64,000 nucleotides of DNA. Source: Chiloscyllium plagiosum (lineage: Eukaryota). The translations under genes were made by a program, and so were the position numbers. The notes beneath the pieces were generated by a model that did not search any database, was not told where the DNA came from, and worked only from the letters and a program-made list of their open reading frames with translations. Below, in pieces: positions 22,101 to 34,946 of the stretch; the first letter of the stretch is position 1, and each line of letters opens with the position of its first letter. The stretch lies in the NCBI RefSeq assembly GCF_004010195.1, contig NC_057755.1, forward strand, positions 11,676,580-11,740,579, in the 5' to 3' direction.

Positions 22101-22889
22101 CTTTTATGCTAAATCTCACGGTATTAAATGTTGAGATTTTACTGTAGGTTTACAATTAGTGAAAGCATTTCTGCCTTTATTGCCACATTATGTTAATTAC
22201 TTCGGGATCTTGTGTAAAGTCTCAAATATTAGTGAAATGGGTTATATATAATGTCCTTGTTTCTGATCTATGTTTCTGCTCCATAATCTGTATTGCTGTA
22301 TTTCTCACTTTTGTACTTGGTGACAATCACCAACATTACCATCTTTTCCTGTTGAGGTGCTTTGCTCTGCCTTTGGGGTCAGGTCCAATGCTGAGAGTGC
22401 TGAATTCCAGGAGTTTCATGACAAAGTGCTCACGGCAAGCTGAATTTGTATTTTTTAAACATTCACGAATGGGACGTGGACATTGCTGGCTTGCCACTAC
22501 TTTTTATTGACTGTCCCTAGTTGCCCTTGAGAAGGTGGTGGTGAGCTACCTCCTTGAACTGCTGCAGTCCACACTTCTTGACTTCTGTTATTTGTGGAGT
22601 CTTTGGAGAAGGAATATTGGGACAAGAGAAGACCGTTTGGCTCCTTAAGTATGTTCTGCTATTTGGTGAGTTCATGGCTAGCCAACAGCCCAACCTGACA
22701 TACCATTGACCTGTGCCCTTTAAAATCAAATTTTAAATGAATGTTGATCCATCATTAATTGCTAATTTCAGAAGAGTTGAAGTTTCGACCATTGTTTGTA
22801 GAAGTGTTTGTTAACTTCACCCCTGAAAGATTTGGCTTTTTGTTTAGATAATGCCTCTGAGTTCAAGACTTCCCAACCCAATCGTACAA

Positions 22890-23360
22890 ACGTAGAAACA
22901 TAGAAAATGGGATCAGGAGTAGGCCATTCAGCCCTTTGACCATGCTGCATATTTTTATATGGTCATGGCTTATCATCTTACTCTATATGCTGTTCACGCT
23001 TTTACTGCATGCCCTTTAAGCCCTTTTCTCCAAAAGCTACGTCTAAATCTTTGAAAATGTTCAATGTTTGATCTCAACTGTTGTTTTTGGCAGAGCTGAC
23101 GACTCTCTGGGTGTAGAAATATTTACTCATCGTAGTCCTAAAACCTTAAGTTGGGACCCTAGTCCTGGACTCTGTAGTCATCGAGAACATACTTGCTGCC
23201 TTTACCCTGTCTCGTACTGTTAGAGCTTTATAGGTTTCTGAGATCACACCTCATTTTTTGAAATAACAGTAAATATAGTCCTGGCTGATTCAATTTCTCT
23301 TCATAGTCTACCCTGCTATCTCAGGAATCTGTCTGTGAAACCTTTGTAGCACACTTTCCA
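22890..23360 (-). mobile_element. Old CR1 3' end
   Basis: TAGAAACATAGAAA tail and AGGAGTAGGCCATTCAGCCC, typical of a reverse-oriented CR1 3'UTR. Confidence 0.65.
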
Positions 23361-23361
23361 T

Positions 23362-23897
23362 GTATGTAGGTTTGCTCGCTGAGCTGGAAGGTTCATTTTC
23401 AGACGTTTTGTCACCATACTAGGTAACATCTTCTGTGAGCCTCCACTGCTGATGATTCCTGCTTTTTATTTATATGTTTGGGTTTCTTTTGGGTTGTTGA
23501 TGTCATTTCCTGTTCTTTTTCTCAGTGGGTGGTAGATTGGGTCGAAGTTAATGTGTTTGTTGATAGAGTTCTGGTTGGAATGCCATGCTTCTAGGAATTC
23601 TCGTGCTTGACTCTGTTTGGCTTGTCCTAGGATGGATGTGTTGTCCCAAATGAAGTGGTGACCTTCCTCATCTGAATGTAAGGATACTAGTGAGAGAGTG
23701 TCATGTTGTTTTGTGGTTAGTTGATGTTCATGTATCCTGGAGGCTAGTTTTCTGCCTGTTTGTCCAATGTAGTGTTTGTTACAGTTCTTGCACAGTATTT
23801 TGTAAATGACATTAGTTTTGCATGTTGTCTGTATAGGGTCTTTCAAGTTCATTAGCTGCTGTTTTATTGTGTTGTTGGGCTACCATGATGCCAGGGG
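23362..23897 (-). mobile_element. Penelope-like element 3' end: GIY-YIG endonuclease and terminal repeat
   Basis: ORF 23466-23852: NVIYKILCKNCNKHYIGQTGRKLASRIHEH...REFLEAWHS...IN. Confidence 0.9.
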
Positions 23898-24095
23898 ATG
23901 TTGTGAAACTTGAAAGAGTTCAGAAAAGAATTACAAGGATGTTGCCTGAGGGATCATTTTGCTCAGAATAACTCTGTCAGGAGAGGTTTTCTTTGGCTTT
24001 AATTTCCTTGATCATTTCTGTGTGAAGAGACAGCAGCGAATAGAAATGATTCCATTGCTTTTTGATTTTCACAATGTTGTCAATTTGTTTTCCAG

Positions 24096-24140
24096 CAATA
24101 CCAGCAGCCCCAGCAGACCATTTACAGTGTGCAGCAACAG
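24096..24140 (+). CDS. CCAR1: CCAR1 exon 4 (45 nt)
   Basis: QYQQPQQTIYSVQQQ; TTTTCCAG| and CAG|GTTTGT; phase 0/0. Confidence 0.92.
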
Positions 24141-24629
24141 GTTTGTGCCATTTTGCTTTTGAGAAAAGTTTGGCTGGAGTGAGTGGAGCAGATTGCCGTT
24201 ATTAATGTTATACAGATTAATGTTATACAGATTGCCGTTATACAGATGTCCTTATTTACTGCGATTGACCTTGCTTTGCAATTAAGTTTTACCTGAGCAT
24301 TCTTGTTGATTTAATAATTTGTGAAAATTGATAAACAGTTGTGAATTATAAATATTTTCTATTCATAAAGTGCTCATAAAATGTGTATGATATGATCTGT
24401 ATCCCTCTATTCCCTGTCTGTTCATGTATTTGTCTAAATTCCTCTTAAATGTTGCTGAATTAACTGTTTCTACCATCTGCCCTGGCTGCATGTTCCCAGA
24501 ACCTACTACCCTCTGTGTACAAAAAAAAGTCTTACACATCTCTTAAATTTTCCCTTTTAATCTTAAACCTACAGCCCTAATATTTGACGTTTCCAGCTAT
24601 GAAAAACACTGACTATCCACCTTATCCAT

Positions 24630-25100
24630 GATGTGGAGGTGCTGGTGTTGGACTGGGGTGGGCAAAGTATAAAAATCATATAACACTAAGTCATAGTCCA
24701 GCAGGTTTATTTGCAAGTACTCGCATTCGGGGCGCTGCTCCTTCATCAGGTAGCTGTGGAGTAGGATCATAAGACACAATTTATATCAAAACATCACAGT
24801 GTTATGCACCTGAAATGATATATTGAACAAACCTAGATTGCTGTTAAGTCTTTCATCTTTTCAGATGGGTTGCAGCATTCTGTTCATTAATACATAAATC
24901 CCAGAACTACCCTCAATCACATTCTTGCGATAACTTCAGGTTTTATTTGAAAAAAGGACATCTCAGCTCAGACAATGCATTAAAGTTTGGGATACAGGCA
25001 GACTCTAACCTCACACCTTTAGTACATTGTCTGAGCTGAGATGTCACTTTTCAAAGTAAACTGTTAAGTTATCTCAAGAATGTGACTTGAAAGAAGTTCT
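24630..25100. mobile_element. Penelope-derived non-autonomous repeat with internal palindrome
   Basis: Minus-strand CTGATGA-A-GGAGC-AGC-GCCCC-GAA at 24749-24726; inverted arms ACATCTCAGCTCAGACAATG / CATTGTCTGAGCTGAGATGT within 24900-25100. Confidence 0.6.
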
Positions 25101-25109
25101 ACAAGAGAT

Positions 25110-26882
25110 CAGTGAGGTCCTCAATGTTTACCATGGAGACATGAACACTTCAGAATTAGCGAAAGGTAGTGGTCATATCTTGGGGGCCGTCCATATCGCA
25201 GTTATATGGTCCTGACCAGATATATCCACAAACGTGGCAAGAGGCTAGTGAAGAAATTGCAGGGGCCCTGGCTGATATATTTGCATTATCATTAGCCACG
25301 CATGAGGTCCCAGAAGACTGGAGAATAGCAAATGTTGTGCCCTTATTCAAGAAGGAACTGCAGACCAGTAAGGCTAATGTCTGTGGTAGGTAAGTTACTT
25401 GAGAAGATTCTGAGATAAAATATAAATGCATTTGGAAAGACAAGGAATGGACAGCATGGCTTTGTCTATGGGAAATCATGCTTCATAAATTTGTTTGAGT
25501 TCTTTGATAAAGTGACCAGGAAGGTTGATGAAGGTGGTAGACGTCTATACGGACTTTAGTAAGGCCTTTGATAAGTTTCAACATGGGAGGCTGCTCTGGA
25601 AAATTAGATTGGATGGAATCCAAGGGGAGGTGGCAAGCTGGACACTCAATTGGCTTCATGGTAGGAGGCAGAGGGTAATAGTGGGAGGATGCTTGTCAGA
25701 CTGGAGGCCTGTGACTCGTGAAGTACCTCGGGTCAGTCCTGGGCCCGTTGCTGTTTGTTATTTATATCAATGATTTGGATGAGAATGTCCAAGGCATGGT
25801 TAGTAAATTTGCAGATGATGCTAAAATAGCAGTATCGTGGACAGTGAGGAAGGTTGTCAGAAACTTCAGCAGGACCTTGATCAGCTGGGAAATTGGGCCA
25901 AGAAATGGCAAATAGAGTTTAATATAGATAAGTGTGAGGTCTTGCATTTTGGAAAGTCAAATCAAGAAGGGAGTTTCTTGGTGAATGGTAGGGCCTTAAG
26001 GTGTATAGTGGAACAGAGGGACCTTGGAGTTCAGATTCACAGTTCTCTGAAGGTGGAGTCACAGGTAGACAGGGCAGTGAAGAAGGCTTTTGGCACACTG
26101 GTCATTGAGTATCAAAGTTGGGAGGTTATGTTGCAGTTATGTAGGATGTTGGTGAGGCTGCACTTGGAGTATTGTGTTCAGTTTTGGTTACCTTGCTTTT
26201 GGAAGACTGTTATTAAACCGGAAAGAGTGCAGAAGATATTTACAAGGTTGTTGCTGGGACTCAAAGGTCTGAGTTATAGGGAATGATTGGACAAGATTGG
26301 ACTCTTTTTCTTTAGAGCGTAGGAGACCAAGAGGGGATCTTATAGAAGTGTATAAGATTATGAGAGGTTTGGATAGGGTGAATGCATTCAGTCTTTTTCC
26401 CAAGGTTGAGAATCAAGAACTAGAGGGTATCAGTTTAAGGTTAAAGGGGAAAGGTTAAAAGGGAAGCTGACAGACAACGTTTTTACACATAGGGTGGTGT
26501 GCATATGGGATGAGCTGCCAGTGGAAGTGGTTGAGGTGGGTAGATTAGATTAGATTACATTAGATTAGATTACATTACAGTGTGGAAACAGGCCCTTCGG
26601 CCCAACAAGTCCACACCGACCTGCCGAAGCACAACCCACCAATACCCTTACATTTACCCCTATTTACCCCTATACCTAACACTATTGGCAATTTAGCGTG
26701 GCCAATTCACTTGACCTGCACATCTTTGGACTATGGGAGAAAACCGGAGCACCCAGAGGAAACCCACGCAGACACTGGGAGAACGTGCAAACTCCACACA
26801 GTCAATCGCCTGAGGTGGGAATTGAACCCGGGTCTCTGGCGCTGTGAGGCAACTGTGCCACCGTGCCGCCCTACCATTTAAA
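25110..26882 (+). mobile_element. CR1 LINE ORF2 (RT) fragment
   Basis: VPEDWRIANVVPLFKK, DFSKAFDK, GSVLGPLLFVIYINDLD, SKFADDAK, HLEYCVQFW. Confidence 0.9.
26543..26871 (-). mobile_element. HE1-like V-SINE nested in CR1
   Basis: Reverse-complement SINE with (ATTAG)n tail. Confidence 0.9.
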
Positions 26883-27799
26883 AACGTTTTTGCGCACTTA
26901 GGTCTAGGTGCATCTTTTATTTTTAACAAAATTTATGCAGATCAATGAAGAGCTACCCTTTTTTCTACTCTTTCTTGGGATGAGGAAATATCTGCCGAGG
27001 CCAGCATCTATTGCCCAATCCTGATTGACCTCAAGAAAATAGTAATGAGCTGCTTTCTTGAATAACTGAAGTTCATGCTTTTGACCCAGCAGCAGTGAAG
27101 GAATGGTGATTATAGTTCCAGGACAGATGATTAGTGACGTGGAGAGAACCTTGCAAATCCTGGTGTTACCATAAATGTGCTGCCTCTTCAAGGTGGTGGA
27201 GGTTGCAGATTGGGAAAGTGCTGTTAAAGGACCCTTTGTGAGTTTTTATAGTGCACCTGCCACTGTGAATTGGTGAGGGAAGTCAATAGCACCACTTATA
27301 ATCAAGCAGACTGCTTTGACCTTGATGATGCCAAATGTCTTGAGATTGTTGGATCTGTACTCATTACACAAATGGGTACATGAACAACATTTAAAAGGCA
27401 TTTGGATAAATGCCTGGATAGGAAAGATGTAAAAGGATATGGGCCAAGTGCAGAAAAATGGGGTTAGCATGGATGGATGTTTTGGTCGGCATGTGCCAGT
27501 TTGGACCAAAAGGCCTGTTCCTGTGCAGTAGGACTGAATGACTCTAAGCAAAATATTCATATAATATCTTGGTCTCTGGTAAATCCCCCTTCAGTACTTG
27601 TTGTTTGCTTCCCTATTTGGGTTTTCAGTTCTCCTGTGAACTGTCTATAGTCAATCTCATCTTCAGCTTATTTTATCTTTTTTGTAATATAGGGACCTCT
27701 TGATTTTTATGCTCTATTTTTGTCTTTCTTGGGAATATATCTTGATTGTACCTGAATCAGCTCCTCTTAAACGATGTTGCATATTTGCACCTCAAATGA

Positions 27800-29500
27800 C
27801 TGATCTCCCATCCACCGCCTCCAACCTCATAGTCCCACAACCCCACACCGCCTGTTTCTACCTCCTGCCCAAATTCCACAAACCTGACTGCCCCGGCCGA
27901 CCCATTGTCTCAGCCTGCTCCTGCCCCACCGAACTCATCTCTGCATACCTCGACACTGTCCTGTCCCCCTTAGTCCAAGAACTCCCCACCTACTTTCGGG
28001 ACACCACCCACGCCCTCCATCTGCTCCATGATTTTCACTTCCCCAATGCCTTATCTTCACGATGGACATCCAGTCCCAATACACTTCCATCCCCCATCAT
28101 GAAGGCCTCCAAACCCTCTGCTTCTTCCTTTCCCGCCGACCCAACCAGTACCCTTCCATTGACACCCTCCTTCGACTGACTGAACTGGTCCTCACTCTTA
28201 ACAACTTCTCCTTCCAATCCTCCCACTTGCTCCAAACCGCATGGGCCCCAGCTATGCCTGCCTCTTTGTTGGATATGTGGAACAGTCCATCTTCCGCAGC
28301 TACACTGGCACCACCCCCCACCTTTTGCTCCGCTACATCGATGATTGTATTGGCACTACCTCGGGCTCCCACGAGGAGGTTGAACAGTTCATCCACTTTA
28401 CTAACACCTTCCACCCCGACCTCAAATTTACCTAGACTGTCTCAGACTCCTCCCTCCCCTTCCTAGACCCCTCCATTTCTATCTTGGGCGACCGACTCAA
28501 CACAGACATTTACTACAAACCGACCGACTCCCACAGCTACCTAGATTACACCTCCTCCCACCCTGCCCCCTGTAAAAACGCCATCCCATATTCCCAATTC
28601 CTTCGNNNNNNNNNNNNNNNNNNNNNNNNNNNNNNNNNNNNNNNNNNNNNNNNNNNNNNNNNNNNNNNNNNNNNNNNNNNNNNNNNNNNNNNNNNNNNNN
28701 NNNNNNNNNNNNNNNNNNNNNNNNNNNNNNNNNNNNNNNNNNNNNNNNNNNNNNNNNNNNNNNNNNNNNNNNNNNNNNNNNNNNNNNNNNNNNNNNNNNN
28801 NNNNNNNNNNNNNNNNNNNNNNNNNNNNNNNNNNNNNNNNNNNNNNNNNNNNNNNNNNNNNNNNNNNNNNNNNNNNNNNNNNNNNNNNNNNNNNNNNNNN
28901 NNNNNNNNNNNNNNNNNNNNNNNNNNNNNNNNNNNNNNNNNNNNNNNNNNNNNNNNNNNNNNNNNNNNNNNNNNNNNNNNNNNNNNNNNNNNNNNNNNNN
29001 NNNNNNNNNNNNNNNNNNNNNNNNNNNNNNNNNNNNNNNNNNNNNNNNNNNNNNNNNNNNNNNNNNNNNNNNNNNNNNNNNNNNNNNNNNNNNNNNNNNN
29101 NNNNNNNNNNNNNNNNNNNNNNNNNNNNNNNNNNNNNNNNNNNNNNNNNNAACCCTCCAACCACACGGGATGAATGTAGATTTCTCCAGCTTCTTCATTT
29201 CCCCTCCCCACCTTATCTCAGTCCCAACCCCCGGATTCAGCACCGCCGTCTTGACCTGCAATCGTCTTCCCGACCTCTCCGCCCCCACCCCCTCTCTGAC
29301 CTATCACCCTCACCCTCACCTCCTTCAACCTATCGTATTCCCAGTGCCCCTCCCCCAAATTCCCTCCCCCTACCTTTTATCTCAGCCCACCTGGCACACC
29401 AGCCTCATTCCTGAAGAAGGACTTATGCCCGAAACGTCGATTCTCCTGCTCCTCGGATGCTGCCTGGCCTGCTTTGTTTTTCCAGCATCACATTTTTCAA
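27800..29500 (+). mobile_element. Penelope-like element (RT, N gap, 3' terminal repeat)
   Basis: [55 protein letters not shown]; terminal repeat with hammerhead-like core at 29411-29438. Confidence 0.9.
28606..29150. other. Assembly gap
   Basis: Run of N. Confidence 1.
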
Positions 29501-29569
29501 GTCTGATGTGATTCAATCCATGCATGTAAAGGGAGTAATGTCTAGATATTTCCAGCGGTCCTTATTGTG

Positions 29570-30466
29570 AACAGGTCTTAAATGATTTTGGAATACAGAT
29601 TCATAGCTCTTTGAAAATGGAGTTGTTGGGAGACATGGTAGTGAAGAAGGTATTGATGTGCTTGGTCATTGCATTGAGTACAGGAGTTGGGAGGTCATGT
29701 TGCAGCTGTACAGGACATTGGTACTTTTGGATTATTGTGTGCAGTTCTGGTCTCTTTGCTATAGGGACAATGTTGTGAAACTTGAAAGGATTCAGAAAAA
29801 ATTTACAACGATGTTGCCAGGTTGAAGGATTTGAGCTACACATCGTTCTGCAGTAACGCCAGTTTCATTAACGCGACTAACAAATTGGTGGCACTTTCTA
29901 AAGCGTGAATGTTTTAAATGTGTGTTGGCTATAACATGATTGCATCACCAACACTTTAAGCGCTGTTTCTGAAGTGCAATTTTACTATACACAGGCTTGC
30001 ACAAGAATGCAACCATCACATTATAGCAGAACTATCTGTAAAGGAAATGGCTGAATAAGCTGGACTATTTTCCCTAGAGCATCAGAGGCTGAAGGTTGAC
30101 CTTATATAAAATTATGAGGGGCATGGATAGGGTGAATGGTCAAGGTCTTTTCCCCAGGGTGAGGGAGTCCAGAACTAGAGGGCATAAGTTGATAGTGAGA
30201 GGGGAAAAAAATTTTAGAAGGACCTAAGGGGCAACCTTTTCATGCAGAAAGTGGTGCGTGTATGGAATCACCTGCCAAGGGAAGTGATGGATGCTGATGC
30301 AACTACAAAATTTAAAAGGCATCTGAAAGGGTATATGATTAGGAAGAGTTTAGAGGGATATGCACTAAATGCTTACAAAAGGTCTCTATTAATTTAGGTA
30401 TCGAGTAGGCATGGAAAAGTTGGACCAAAGGGTCTGGTCCCGATCTGTGCATGTCTTTGACTCTGA
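29570..30466 (+). mobile_element. CR1 3' fragment with nested MITE
   Basis: Similar to 3880-4860; tail TCTTTGACTCTG. Confidence 0.85.
29839..30038. mobile_element. 200-bp Tc1/mariner-type MITE
   Basis: TA|CACATCGTTCTGCAGTAA...TTATAGCAGAACTATCTG|TA: imperfect TIRs and TA duplication; the CR1 host resumes across it. Confidence 0.8.
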
Positions 30467-30781
30467 TCAGTTGTAGGGTTATAGTATCTTTGGAGTACAG
30501 AAAGAAGCCCTTTTGTCTATTCTGTCAGCACTAGTCATTTCCTCTTCCCAGCACTTGGCCCATAGCCTTGTAATCCAGGTTTAAATTTTACATTTGAATG
30601 CTGTAAATTGGCAACAAAAACAGAAGTTGCTGGAAAAGGTCTGCAGATCTGGCAACATCTATGAAGAGAAATCAGAATTATCATTTTGGGTCTGGTGAGC
30701 CTTCCTCAGAACCTTAGGTCCAGTTGTGAAGAAGACTCACTGGACCTAACACATGAACTATGATTTCTCTTACAGATTTCT

Positions 30782-31040
30782 CAGCACGAGGGGACATAGC
30801 TTTAAATTGAGGAATGATGTCAGAGGCAGTTTCTTTACTCAGTAGTAGGGGCATGGAACGCACTGCCTACAACAGTAGTAAACTTGCCAATTTTAAGGGC
30901 ATTTAAATGGTCGCTGGATAAACATATGGATGAAAATGGAATAGTGTAGGTTAGATGGCCTTCTGATTGGTTTCATAGGTTGGCGCAACATCGAAGGCCA
31001 AAGGGCCTGTACTGTGCTGTAATGTTCTATCTATTCTATG
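30782..31040 (+). mobile_element. Short CR1 3' end inside a palindromic Penelope-derived repeat (~30612-31085)
   Basis: GGGCCTGTACTGTGCTGTAATGTTCTAT tail; the flanks are inverted arms. Confidence 0.7.
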
Positions 31041-31175
31041 TAGGTGCTGCCAGACCTGCTGGGTTTCCTCAGCAACTTTTTGTTGTAAATTTTACTAGGT
31101 CTGCTGATACTTTGGCATTCACCTTTTTCTGGGTTTTAAGATATCTATATTTGGCCTGATTTCATTTAAAATTAG

Positions 31176-34100
31176 CTCAGCAGGGGGATGGGAACGTGAG
31201 GTGTAGTTGCATAGAACATAGACCATAGAACAATACAACACAGAACAGGCCCTTCGGCCCACGATGTTGTGCCGAACATTTGTCCTAGCTTAAGCACCCA
31301 TCCATGTACCTATCCAATTGCCGCTTAAAGGTCACCAATGATTCTGACTCTGCCACTCCCACAGGCAGCGCATTCAATGCCCCCACCACTCTCTGNNNNN
31401 NNNNNNNNNNNNNNNNNNNNNNNNNTCTCCAAAGCTTCCGCATATTTCCTAAAGTGAGGCGGCCAGCACTGCACACAGTACTCCAAATGTGGCCGAACCA
31501 AAGTCCTGTACTGCTGTAACATCACTTCACGACTCTTGAATTTAATCCCTCTGCTAATGAACGCTAATACCATAGGCCTTCTTACAAGCTCTATCCACCT
31601 GAGTGGCAACTTTCAAAGATCTATGAACATAGACCCCAAGATCCCTCTGCTCCTCCACCTTACTAAGAACCCTACCGTTAACCCTGTATTCCGCATTCTT
31701 ATTTATCCTTCCAAAATGGACAACCTCACACTTGGCAGGATTGAACTCCATCTGCCACTCCTCAGCCCAGCTCTGCATCATATCTAAGTGCCTTTGCAGG
31801 CGACAACAGCCCTCCTCACTATCCACAACTCCACCAATCTTCGTATCATCTGCAGTGCACAGAAGGATGAGAGTAGGGAGGACAGGGACAAGATTTCACG
31901 GTCACAGGAATGTGTTGGCTGACAGCAAGCTGGTTTACTTCAACGCCAGAAGTATCCGGAATAAGGTAGGTGAGCTTGCAGCATGGATAGGTACCTGGGA
32001 CTTCGATGTTGTGGCCATTTCGGAGACATGGATAGAGCAGGGTGAGGAATGGGTGTTGTAGGTTCCAGGGTTTAGTTCTTTCATTAAGAACAGGCAAGGC
32101 GATAAAAGAGGGGGAGGTGTGGCCTTGTTAGTCAAGGATAGTATAATGGTGGCTGAGAGAACTTTTGATGAGAACTCATCTACTGGGGTAGTGTGGGCTG
32201 AGGTTAGAAACAAGAGAGGAGAGGTCACACTGCTTGGAGTTTTTTATAGGCCTCCGCAGAGTTCCAGTGAGGTGGAAGAGAGGATAGGCAAAATTATTCT
32301 GGACAGGAGTGAAAGGAACAGGGTGGTCATTATGGGGGACTTTAACTATCTCAACATTGACTAGAAATGCTATAACTCTCGTACATCGGATGGATCAGTT
32401 TTTGTCCAATGTATGCAGGAGGGTTTCCTGACACTATGTCGAAGAGCCAACAAGAAGAGATGCCACACTTGATCTTGTGCTTGGTAATGAACCAGGCCAG
32501 TTGTTTGATTTAGTTGTGGGTGAGCACTTTGGAGAGAGTTACCATAATTTAGTTATGTTTAGTTTAGCAATGGAAAGGGGTAGGTACATGTCACAGATCA
32601 GGAGTTATCGATGGGGCAAGGGTAATTATAATCCGATTAGGCAAGAATTAGGATGCATAGAATGGGGTAGCAAAATGCAGGGGATGCAGACAATGGAAAT
32701 GTGGAGCTAGTTTGAGGAACAGATATTGCGTGTCCTTGATAGGTATGTCCCTGTCAGGCAGGGAGGAAGTGATAAGGTAAGGGAACCGTGGTTTACTACA
32801 GAAATTGCATCTCTTGTTAATCGGAAGAAGGAGGCTTATGTGTTGACGAGACAAGATGGTTCAGATGAGGCAATGGAGAATTACAGATCAGCTAGGAAGG
32901 GTTTAAAGAGAGAGTTAAGAAGAGCAAAGAGAGGACCTGAGCAGTCTTTAGCAAATAGAATAAAGGAGAACCCTAAAGCTGCTTATAGGTATGTGAGGGA
33001 TAAAAGGATGACTAGGGTGAATAAAACGATGAATAGGCCCAGTCAGTGACAGAAGTGGGAAGTTGAGTGTGGACCCTGTGGAGAGTGGAGAGAAAGCATT
33101 TCTCATCGGCTTTCACCCAGGAAAAGGAGAATATTGTAGAGGAGAAAAATGAAATATGAAATATTAGACTAGAAAGGATCGAGGTTAGTTACGAACAGGA
33201 AAGTAAACAAGACCCCTGAGCTGGATGGGATTTATCCGAGGATTCTTTGCGAAGCTAGGGGAGAGATAGCAGAACCTTTGGCTTTGATATTTGAGTCATC
33301 ATTGTCTACACGTTTAGGACCTGAGGACTGGAGGATTGCAAATGTTGTGCCCTTGTTCAAGAAGGGCAGTAGAGATGACCCAGGTCATTATAGACCAGTG
33401 AGCCTTACTTCTGTTGTAGGAAAGATTTTGGGAAGGATTATAAGAGGTAAGATTTATAATCATCTAGCAAGCAACAATTTGATTTCAGATAGTTTCGTCA
33501 AGGGCAGGTCGTGTCTCACAAACCTCATTGAGTTTTTTGAGAAGGTGACCAAGCAAGCAGATGAGGGTAGGGCAGTTGACCTGGTATGCATGGACTTCAG
33601 TAAAGCCTTTGATAAGGTTCCACATAGTAGCTGTTGGAGAAAATACATGGGATTGAGGGTAATTTAGCAGTTTGGATTAGAAACTGGCTTTCTGAAAGAA
33701 GGCAGTGAGTGGTGGTTGATGAAAAATATTCAGCTTGGAGTCCGGCTACTAGTGGTGTGACACAAGGATCTGTTTTGGGACCACTGCTGTTTGTAATCTT
33801 TATAAGTGACTTAGACACAGGCATAGATGGATGGATTAGTAAATTTGCAGATGACACTAAAGACGGTGGAGTAGTGGACAGTTTGGAAGAAGGTTACAGG
33901 TTGCAGGGGCACTTGGATAAACTGCAGAATTGGGCTGAGAGGTGGCAAATGGAGTTCAATGTAGTTAAATGTGAGGCGATGCACTTTGGGAAGAATAACA
34001 GGAAGGTGGAGTACTGGGTCAATGGAAAGATTCTTGTAGTGTGGATGTGCAGGGGGATCTTGGAGTCCATGTACATAGATTCATGAAAGTTGCCAACCAG

Positions 34101-34727
34101 GTTGATAGCACTGTTAAGAAGGCATACGGTGTGTTAGATTTCATTGGTAGAGGGATTGAGTTCCGGTGTTGCAATATCATGCTGCAACTATACAAAACAC
34201 TAGTGCGGCCACACTTGGGAATATCCTGTACAGTTCTGGTCACCATATTTCGGGAAGGATGCGGAAGCGTTGGAAAAGGTGCATAGGAAACTTACCATGA
34301 TGTTGCTGACTGGAGGGAAGGTCTTACGATGAATGGCTGAGAGACTTGGGTCTGTTCTCATTGGAAAGAAGAAGGCTAAGAGGGGATTTGATAGAGACAT
34401 ACAAGATGATCAGAGAATTAGATAGGGTAGACAATGAAAGTCTTTTTTCAGGGGATGATGATGTCAGCTTGTACTTAGGGGTGTAATTACAAATTGAGGG
34501 GTGATAGATTAAAGACAGATGTCAGAGGCAGGCTCTTTACTCAGAGAGTGGTAAGGGCGTGGAATGCCCTATCTGCCAATGTAGTTAATTCAGCCACATT
34601 AGTGAGATTTAAACAATCCTTGGATAAGCACATGGATGATGATGGGATAGTATAAGGGGATGAGTTGAGAATAGTTCACAGGTCAGCGCAACATCGAGGG
34701 CCTGTTCTGTGCTGTATTGTTCTAGGT
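31176..34727 (+). mobile_element. Near-complete decayed CR1 ORF2 (APE and RT) with 3'UTR
   Basis: VYFNARSIRNK, VVAISETW, GVFYRPP, MGDFN, GHYRPVSLTSV, DFSKAFDKVPH, QGSVLGP, KFADDTK. Confidence 0.92.
31211..31853 (-). mobile_element. Antisense CR1 3' fragment nested in CR1 (contains N gap 31396-31425)
   Basis: Minus strand WQMEFNPAKCEV, LVRPHLEYCVQ; ATAGAACATAG tail. Confidence 0.88.
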
Positions 34728-34913
34728 TGCATTGTGCACTTTGACTATCTGACTGGCTCCTGAACTCAGTCATGACCACTGAAGTGGAGTCAGTTCTGAT
34801 AGGTGGTCAAGGGAGTACTGTATTTTCAGAGTCTGGAGGTTGATGTGAATGATTTAGAAGTCTTCAGCATTGAGGAATTTGAATGTAAACGTTAACTTTC
34901 TCCTTTTCTTCAG

Positions 34914-34946
34914 CTGCAGCAGCCTCCACAAGCTTTACTTCCCCAA
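34914..34946 (+). CDS. CCAR1: CCAR1 exon 5 (33-nt microexon)
   Basis: LQQPPQALLPQ; strong polypyrimidine tract and CAG|; donor CAA|GTAAGT; phase 0/0. Confidence 0.9.

Noticed and set aside
28484..29288. Long ORFs of 207-263 aa in the ORF track
   Set aside because: Artefacts of translating through the N gap.
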